A program made the position numbers and the translations under genes. Shown here piece after piece: positions 56,809-64,000 of a DNA stretch of 64,000 bases. The notes under the pieces were generated by a model. That model saw nothing but the letters and a program-made list of their open reading frames with translations, had not been told where the DNA came from and did not search any database. Within the stretch, counting starts at the first letter, position 1, and the number at the start of each line of letters is the position of its first letter. This DNA is from Ascoidea asiatica JCM 7603 (Eukaryota > Fungi > Ascomycota): the NCBI GenBank assembly GCA_001600695.1, contig BCKQ01000003.1, positions 652,003 to 716,002 of the forward strand. The letters run 5' to 3'.

Positions 56809-57161
56809 TTATTTTAATTATACTATTAAATCTAAATAATAAATACTAAATGATAAATAAATACTATAATTTTAACAATTTTGTTACAGTTTATTTATTA
56901 ACTCTATTCTATAACTAAAGGAATAAAAATAGTTTGATAAACTTCTAAACTAATATAATATATATTATATCTTTAATTTTTGATATTCTATCTATAAAAA
57001 ATTGATCCTAATCAAAATTAAATAACGTTTAAATTTGTTTAACTTAACTTTCATTATAAATTGTCAATTCTAATAAGCTTAATCTACTTATAAGCAATTT
57101 GTTATTGTTCATATATTTAATACTTTTTAGTGAAACATTTTTTTTAGTTTCAGTTTCAGGT

Positions 57162-58325
57162 TTAACTTTCTTCTTCTTCTTCTTCACTATCACTATCACT
57201 ATCATCTAAATCCGGCACAGGATATTTTAAAATACATCCAATTCCAGTTAATCTATTTAATTGTTCACCAGATTCATGTAAACTTGAGAAAATATTAACT
57301 TTACCACCTAACTTTTCAACTTCTTCAACTAATTTAATATATTTCTTTCTTAATTTAACATCATCATTTTTAAATAAATTTTCTGTAATTAATAGATTTT
57401 CAACTGCACCTAATTCAACAGCTTTTGCAACTTCTTTATTACCATACCAAGATTTATCATTATCATTATTTAAATTTTTAAAAAATTTTTCTAAAATTAA
57501 AATATCTTTTGAATATTTTGTATCTATAAGTTTTTTAATTATTGAAGGAGATTTTAAAGCTTCTTCTAAACCTTGTAAATAACCAGTAGAAGAATGTGCA
57601 ATAATATATTTTGACTTTGATTTAAATATTTCTTCATCATGATTTAAAAGAGCTTGATTAAAAATTACATCATATAAATTTTGTGCAATAAAACCAGGTG
57701 ATGCAATTATTATTGCTTTTAATTTATCCAATTTAAATATTCTTTTCATTGATTCATTAACTAAAAGCAAGAAATTTTTCATTGATTTATCATGACTTGA
57801 ACTATCACCTCTTTTTTTTTTAGGTATTTGTTTTTCAATTTTATTCATTAAAATTGTCATATTTTCAGTAATTAAACAAATATGAGCAATTCCTTCTTCT
57901 AAAACAACAGCACCAATTTCTGCTTTATTTTCAACAGAACATGCTTTTGAAATTATTTCACAAGCAATTGTATCCCAATCATCTAAATATAAAGTAAAAG
58001 GATAATTTGTATCAATATCCACAGTTTGATAAGAATTTATTGGAACATCAGGATGTGCAACTGTTGTTCTACCTTTTACTCTCAATGAATTTGAATTTGG
58101 AGTAAAATCAACATTTTCAATACTTAGTCTTAACTTAATTAATTTTCTTTCAGTTTTCTTACTTGATTCAGAATATGATTTCTTGATATTTCTTAGAGTC
58201 TTTACTTCAATCTCACAATCTTTTTGAATCAAATTATATAATGCCCAAATATCATCCCCATCTTGAGCTTGTAAAGTGGCATATCCACTTGAATCCTTTT
58301 CTATTTTCTGTTTGATTAATTTCAT
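57162..58325 (-). CDS. DOM34: Ribosome rescue factor Dom34/Pelota
   Basis: DDIWALYNLI, IPKKKRG, IIASPGF, HSSTGYLQGL and SSLHESGEQL..LTGI. Confidence 0.96.
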   Translation of the reverse strand: MKLIKQKIEKDSSGYATLQAQDGDDIWALYNLIQKDCEIEVKTLRNIKKSYSESSKKTERKLIKLRLSIENVDFTPNSNSLRVKGRTTVAHPDVPINSYQTVDIDTNYPFTLYLDDWDTIACEIISKACSVENKAEIGAVVLEEGIAHICLITENMTILMNKIEKQIPKKKRGDSSSHDKSMKNFLLLVNESMKRIFKLDKLKAIIIASPGFIAQNLYDVIFNQALLNHDEEIFKSKSKYIIAHSSTGYLQGLEEALKSPSIIKKLIDTKYSKDILILEKFFKNLNNDNDKSWYGNKEVAKAVELGAVENLLITENLFKNDDVKLRKKYIKLVEEVEKLGGKVNIFSSLHESGEQLNRLTGIGCILKYPVPDLDDSDSDSEEEEEES

Positions 58326-58923
58326 TATAAAGTCCTTGTTTTGTAATTATCTTTTTGAATAGAGTTGTAAGCGAGTTCTTGTTAATTCTATAATTCCTCT
58401 ATCATTTTCTTTCTACTTATTTCAGTGTTTCCACAGCTATTCATTCATTGCTTCTGTCTGTTTATTCTATTTCAAACTACTCTTCAGATGATTTAAAATA
58501 ATTTTATTTCATTTTAAATTTATCAACGAGTGAAAAAAGCTCACCAATTGGAGATAACACCGCCACGTTGAGGATAGTAATCCATATACAGGTAATATGG
58601 CGCAGCACATGACCTTGGGCCAAAAACATTTCCAACCACTCACAAAAACCAGAAGCTGCTGCTGGGCATAGAAAGCAGTTGATGAAGCTGAAATTACATC
58701 AAGGCAGTACTTGGAGTGCAGATAAAATAATCTATATCTATTGAAAGAGATCAAATACTACTTTCTAGGATGCTGAAATGTTATAAAAACAGCGATGGAA
58801 ACTTGTCATAACGTAAAGCTCAATTTTATTTATTTTTATATACTTTCCGAATCTATTTGAGTCTTTGAATCAATTGATCAAATAATGTTTATGATAAAAA
58901 ATATTTTAAAAAAATGATTAAAT

Positions 58924-61278
58924 CTAGCCTAACTGATTCATTTTTTTATCATGGCCTGCTTTTCTATTATGATTTGCCTTTTTGCTTTTATTCTTTTCAT
59001 TTTTAGCATAATTTCTTTTGGTTTGTTGCTCATTTCCACCAGAAGTTTTTGTACTGTTGGGCTTAGCTTTGCTATTGGAATTACTTGAACTATTGGTTGG
59101 TTTATTAGGCATAGTGTTATCTTTCTTCGAACCTTTTGATCCATTATTATCCTTGTTATTATTATCTGCATTGTTGGCATTTCTTCTAGGCCTATTTTGA
59201 TTATTACTATTGCTTTTAGTTGCTTTACTATTATTATTATCATCATTACTATCATTATTTTTGGTATTATTAGTATTATTCTTATCTGTGCTCTTTTTAT
59301 GATTATTACTTCTAATATTCTTGTTATCTTTTTCTTCCACTTTTTCTTTCTGTTTATTCATTGTGTTACTCGTTCGATCATTATTACCAAAATTATCAGT
59401 TTTATCAATTGATTCAATTTCGCTTAACCCTTCTTCTATAATTTTTCTTCTATACGACGTTGAAGGAAGTATAAGTTCCTGCTTACCATCAAACATGTAT
59501 TTATTTTCTAAAATTTGTGCTCTTTTTGGACTTTTCAAAATCATTCTACTCCATCCTTCAATTTGTTCATCCGACCAATTAGTACTATTTTTTAATTTTT
59601 TTCTTGAACTTGAATTTCTTGAAGTTTTTAATAATTGATCTGGATTACTTTTGAATACATTCCATAAATTTTTTTCAATTTTATCATATTCACTTTCTTC
59701 TTTTTTTGGATATTTTTGATCATTTAAAGCTTTTGAACCCGAATATATTTCTGCATCAAGATATGTATCATCTGGTTCATCTTCATCTGCTTCATATAAT
59801 AATTGTAATGTTTTTTTACGTAATGCTTCTTGAGTTTCTTCACTTTCTTTATCTACAAATTTTTTTTTACCAATTGAAAAATCATTTGATGTAAATTTGG
59901 AATTAGATATATCATCTCCATCATATATTGATCTTTTCTTAATTTTATATTCAGGTTTTTTAATTTCTTTTGGTTTAATATGTTCTATAGGTTCTTCTTT
60001 CGGTATTCCTGAAAGTAAATTAGGATCTTCAAATAATTTGTTTATAATCATTTCCGAATTATTATCAAATTGTTGTAATAATATTTTGGCTTGATATTTG
60101 GAACACTCTGGAAAAATTTCAACAATGGAATTAATATCATCTTCTTTTATTTGAATTTGAAATTCGTTATTGTTGAAAATTTCGCTTTCAGTTTCAATTT
60201 CTGTTTCCTTTTCATTCTCATTTTCATTTTCATCATCTAGTTTAATTAAATTATCTAGATTTAAAAATGGTAACCTTTTATCTAAATCTGGTTTGTTTAA
60301 TTTAAAAAAATCAGTTAATACTACACCAGAAAAAAGTGGAGATAACTTTAATGAATAAGCATTATTTATATTTAATTCAACAAATAATTTCAATAATTTA
60401 TCTAAAGAACAAGATAATAAAGATAAAAACATTAATTGCTGAGAAATATTTGAATTTACACCTTGACCATCAGAATAAAATTTTTCTAAAATTTCAATCC
60501 AATTTAAAGTTACAAATTTATCAATAAATTTTTCAAAATTATCATTTCCTGAATTACTTATACTTTTATAGCTGAATTTATTTTTCCTATTATTTTTGAT
60601 AATTGTTTTTGATTGATCTTTTTGATTATTTTTATTATAGTCTTTATTATTATCCTTATTATTAACAATTTTACTATCACTAACAGGCTTAAGATTAACA
60701 ACTCCTAATAGAAAAGCTAAAGTATTTAAATCTTCTTTATCAAATTTTCCATTACCAATTATTAATTGCAAGTGTTTTTGCATTGATGGAATTGAATTAA
60801 TTGAAATTTTACTGTAACTACCATCTATCAAGCTTCTTACTACGGATGTATTATCTTTTACATAAACTCGTACTAAATCCCAGCAAGAGCCTCCGTTAAT
60901 CTTTAAAGATATTAACCCATCTTTTTTAATCAATTGAAAACCCCAATACTTCAATAATTTAGAATTATCTCTGATCTGAGGATTAACTGCACCTAATGTA
61001 AAAATCTTTCCTTGTTCTTGAGATATTTCGAATAAATAACCTTTAATAAATTGGTTCAATTGCTCCTGAGAATTCTCACTCAATTTTCTATCTAATTGAT
61101 CAAGACTCAAAAGTTTCAATAAATCAATATAAATTTCAATTAAATGAACCCATATTACAGGATCTTTATCATATAATGAAGATCTTAGTTTAAAAGGTGG
61201 AAATGCTACAATAGGAATCTCCAATGGCTCTTTTTCTTCTACTTCGAATACCTTTTGTTTTCTCTGACTGGTTGCCAT
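58924..61278 (-). CDS. CUE3: RQC-trigger complex subunit Cue3/Rqt3 (ASCC2-like)
   Basis: PIVAFPPFKLRSSL..KDPVIWVHLIE N-terminus, CUE-like IVEIFP, EADEDEPDDTY, WSDEQIEGW, and C-terminal NHNRKAGHDKK. Confidence 0.9.
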   Translation of the reverse strand: MATSQRKQKVFEVEEKEPLEIPIVAFPPFKLRSSLYDKDPVIWVHLIEIYIDLLKLLSLDQLDRKLSENSQEQLNQFIKGYLFEISQEQGKIFTLGAVNPQIRDNSKLLKYWGFQLIKKDGLISLKINGGSCWDLVRVYVKDNTSVVRSLIDGSYSKISINSIPSMQKHLQLIIGNGKFDKEDLNTLAFLLGVVNLKPVSDSKIVNNKDNNKDYNKNNQKDQSKTIIKNNRKNKFSYKSISNSGNDNFEKFIDKFVTLNWIEILEKFYSDGQGVNSNISQQLMFLSLLSCSLDKLLKLFVELNINNAYSLKLSPLFSGVVLTDFFKLNKPDLDKRLPFLNLDNLIKLDDENENENEKETEIETESEIFNNNEFQIQIKEDDINSIVEIFPECSKYQAKILLQQFDNNSEMIINKLFEDPNLLSGIPKEEPIEHIKPKEIKKPEYKIKKRSIYDGDDISNSKFTSNDFSIGKKKFVDKESEETQEALRKKTLQLLYEADEDEPDDTYLDAEIYSGSKALNDQKYPKKEESEYDKIEKNLWNVFKSNPDQLLKTSRNSSSRKKLKNSTNWSDEQIEGWSRMILKSPKRAQILENKYMFDGKQELILPSTSYRRKIIEEGLSEIESIDKTDNFGNNDRTSNTMNKQKEKVEEKDNKNIRSNNHKKSTDKNNTNNTKNNDSNDDNNNSKATKSNSNNQNRPRRNANNADNNNKDNNGSKGSKKDNTMPNKPTNSSSNSNSKAKPNSTKTSGGNEQQTKRNYAKNEKNKSKKANHNRKAGHDKKMNQLG

Positions 61279-61706
61279 AATATTCTTCTTCTGATAACCT
61301 CTTGAAAATACTTTCTGATTTTTTTTTTTTTATTCTTTTATTTAAGTTATTTAGTTCTTCTCTAAGAAATTAACCTTCCAATATTTATACCAGTGAAGTA
61401 TTAACTTTTTATAATTAATGCTCAATGCAGTAACTAAACTTCGCGCAGATTTGAAATCATTGTAATCAATTCCGACCATTTGCACGTGTATTTGGCACCT
61501 TTCCGGTGAAATGTTTTTTAAAAAAAAAATTTGAACTTTCTCAAAAAAGTTTAAGATCTGAAAAAAATAATCAAAGAATATTGAAAAGTTCAGAGAAACT
61601 CAAAAACATCAAAATAAACATAAATAGTAAAAAAAAAAAGCGGAAAGAAGTTTTTGGGAAGTTGATCAGAACACTATTTATAGTCTTATTAAATTAAAGA
61701 TTAACA

Positions 61707-64000
61707 ATGAATATTTCTACACCTCTTGGGTCTGATATATCCCATGTGGATTTCAGTGTTTTAACTCCCCAAGAAATTAGAAAATTATCTGCAAAAAGAA
61801 TAACTAATCCTACTGTTTTTGATAATTTAGGCCAACCAATTCAAGGTGGTTTATATGATTTAGCATTAGGAGCTTTTTTGAGACATTCATGTTCTACTTG
61901 TGGTCTCGATGAAAAATTTTGTCCTGGTCATCAGGGTCATATTGATTTACCAATTCCAATCTATAATCCCTTATTTTATTCTCAGATGATTCTTTTATTA
62001 AGAGGTTCTTGTCAGCATTGTCATTGTTTCAAGTTAAAAAAACGAATAGTCGATGAATATGCTTGCAAATTGAAGCTTGTACAATATGGGCTCTTAAAAG
62101 AACTTACAGAATTTGAAGAAAAAGCTATTAGTAATAGTGTCGAAGCCGATGAAGAAGATGGAAAAGCAAATAAGGCAAAACTTCAAAAATTAAGAGATTA
62201 CACTGAACAATCAATAAAAAATGCTTTAGATGAGGGTAAAACAACAAAAAGTGGTCTTTTGAGTTCAACAATTCAAGAAACAAGAAAACAAATAATTAAA
62301 GAATTTTATACTCTTTGTAAACTGTCTAAAAGATGTTCAAATTGTAATAAGTTTTCTCCACTTTATAGAACTGATGGATTTTCCAAGATTTTTGAATTGC
62401 CTTTGAATCTTAAACAAATGAGCCACAATAATTCAATTAAAGACACTGAGGATGTTCTTGAAGGAAGTAATATTGCTAAAAAAAAAGCCGAACTAGTTAA
62501 AGCTAAATCAAGATATGTATTATCCACTGAAGTGAGAGATATTTTAAGATCTGTTTTCAAAACCGAGCAAGATGTAATTCAAATGTTGTATAATTCTAGA
62601 CCTGCAACTTGTAGAAAAAAAGAATATATAAGTGCTGATATTTTTTTTCTTCATTGTTTAATTGTTCCACCAACAAGATTTAGACTTCCTTCAAAAATGG
62701 GGGATGAAATTCATGAAAATGTTCAAAATACTATCCTTTCTGGAATTTTGGCTGCAAATATTCAAATCAAAGAAATTAATGAAAGAATGTTAAATTTTGA
62801 AAAAGATAAAGACACTGATGAGGATAAAAGATTACTTTTCAATAGATTAATGAATGCATTCATTTCCTTACAAAATTCTGTTAATGGTTTTATTGATGCC
62901 TCAAAGAATTCAAACAATATTAGAAATCCTCCACCTGGTATAAAACAAGCTTTGGAAAAAAAAGAAGGTTTATTTAGAAAGCATATGATGGGTAAGCGTG
63001 TCAATTATGCTGCCAGATCTGTTATTTCTCCAGATCCACTTATTCAAACCAATCAAGTTGCAGTTCCACCTGTGTTTGCTAAAAAATTAACATTTCCGGA
63101 GCCAGTCACCTCATATAATGCTACTCAGTTACGTCAATTTGTTATTAATGGTCCAGATAAATGGCCAGGTGCTGTACAAATTCAAAATGAAGATGGCTCT
63201 TTAATATCTTTAATTGGAATGTCCTTAGAACAAAGAAAAGCCTTAGCCAATCAATTAACAACACCTTCCGTTTATAATCCTGCTTATAGTACCATTAATA
63301 AAAAAGTTTTTCGTCATATTAATAATTCTGATATAGTTCTTATGAATCGTCAACCAACTTTACATAAAGCTTCTATGATGGGTCACAGAGTTAGGGTTTT
63401 GGCAGGTCAAAAAACAATCAGAATTCATTATGCTAATACTGGTGCTTATAATGCTGATTTTGATGGTGATGAAATGAATATGCATTTTCCACAATCTCAA
63501 ATGGCAAGAGCTGAGGCTTTCAACTTAGCTAATACTGACTCTCAATATTTAACACCCACTTCAGGTTCTCCTGTTAGAGGGTTGATTCAAGATCATCTTT
63601 CTGCAGGTGTTTGGTTAACTAAGAAAGACTCTTTTTTTGATAGAGAGAAATATCAAAATTTTGTGTATAATTGTTTAAAACCTGAAGATGGACATACCAA
63701 CTCTAATAGAATCAAAACTCTTCCTCCCGCTGTTTTCAAACCTGTCCCATTATGGACAGGAAAACAGATAATTTCTACTATTTTATTAAATGTTAAACCC
63801 ATTGAAATGCCTGGTATTAATGTAACTTCCAAAAATAAGATTAAAAATGATTATTGGGGTAAAGGATCTCAGGAAAATATGGTTTTAGTCAAAAATGGAG
63901 AATTATTATGTGGTATTTTAGATAAATCACAATATGGTGCTACAAAATATGGTATTATTCATGCCATTCAAGAACTTTATGGACCTGACATTGCAGGTAA
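61707..64000 (+). CDS. RPA190: RNA polymerase I largest subunit, 5' part (runs off the window; absent from the ORF track)
   Basis: MNISTPLGSDI..., GGLYDLALGAF, CSTCGLDEKFCPGHQGHI, KKEGLFRKHMMGKRVNYAARSVISPD, NRQPTLHKASMM and catalytic YNADFDGDEMN. Confidence 0.98.
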   Translation, partial: MNISTPLGSDISHVDFSVLTPQEIRKLSAKRITNPTVFDNLGQPIQGGLYDLALGAFLRHSCSTCGLDEKFCPGHQGHIDLPIPIYNPLFYSQMILLLRGSCQHCHCFKLKKRIVDEYACKLKLVQYGLLKELTEFEEKAISNSVEADEEDGKANKAKLQKLRDYTEQSIKNALDEGKTTKSGLLSSTIQETRKQIIKEFYTLCKLSKRCSNCNKFSPLYRTDGFSKIFELPLNLKQMSHNNSIKDTEDVLEGSNIAKKKAELVKAKSRYVLSTEVRDILRSVFKTEQDVIQMLYNSRPATCRKKEYISADIFFLHCLIVPPTRFRLPSKMGDEIHENVQNTILSGILAANIQIKEINERMLNFEKDKDTDEDKRLLFNRLMNAFISLQNSVNGFIDASKNSNNIRNPPPGIKQALEKKEGLFRKHMMGKRVNYAARSVISPDPLIQTNQVAVPPVFAKKLTFPEPVTSYNATQLRQFVINGPDKWPGAVQIQNEDGSLISLIGMSLEQRKALANQLTTPSVYNPAYSTINKKVFRHINNSDIVLMNRQPTLHKASMMGHRVRVLAGQKTIRIHYANTGAYNADFDGDEMNMHFPQSQMARAEAFNLANTDSQYLTPTSGSPVRGLIQDHLSAGVWLTKKDSFFDREKYQNFVYNCLKPEDGHTNSNRIKTLPPAVFKPVPLWTGKQIISTILLNVKPIEMPGINVTSKNKIKNDYWGKGSQENMVLVKNGELLCGILDKSQYGATKYGIIHAIQELYGPDIAG

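Noticed and set aside
1-64000. Transposons, LTRs, CRISPR arrays or horizontally acquired clusters
   Set aside because: No transposase/RT ORF, TG...CA repeat pair or repeat-spacer array seen. TilS has host-like composition, and homologues exist in other fungi.

Overview
Very AT-rich genomic DNA of a budding yeast (Saccharomycotina); proteins carry many Asn runs. Two CTG codons fall where S. cerevisiae orthologues have Ser, suggesting a CUG-Ser genetic code (an Ascoidea-like or other CUG-Ser yeast is my inference). Recognisable genes in order: a TilS-like lysidine synthetase, VPS53, QCR8, a 31-aa metallothionein, INO4, GON7, MPH1, LEU1, CUL3, a fumarase lacking a presequence, a short Num1-like protein, the snR41-snR70-snR51 C/D snoRNA cluster, RTG2, HXK2, NUG1, YND1, RPN7, a YBR241C/VPS73-type transporter, RPL28, DOM34, CUE3 and the 5' part of RPA190. 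Several of these are spliced and are missed or truncated in the ORF track. Most interesting: (i) a three-intron non-coding snoRNA host in which the first acceptor AG overlaps the next GTATGT, so that splicing intron 1 would rebuild the next donor (recursive splicing); (ii) an unannotated spliced micro-metallothionein; (iii) a 116-aa KEN-box/D-box protein that looks like an APC/C substrate or inhibitor; (iv) a concentration of orthologues of centromere-linked S. cerevisiae genes around two gene-free gaps. Homology calls come from remembered motifs, not database searches.
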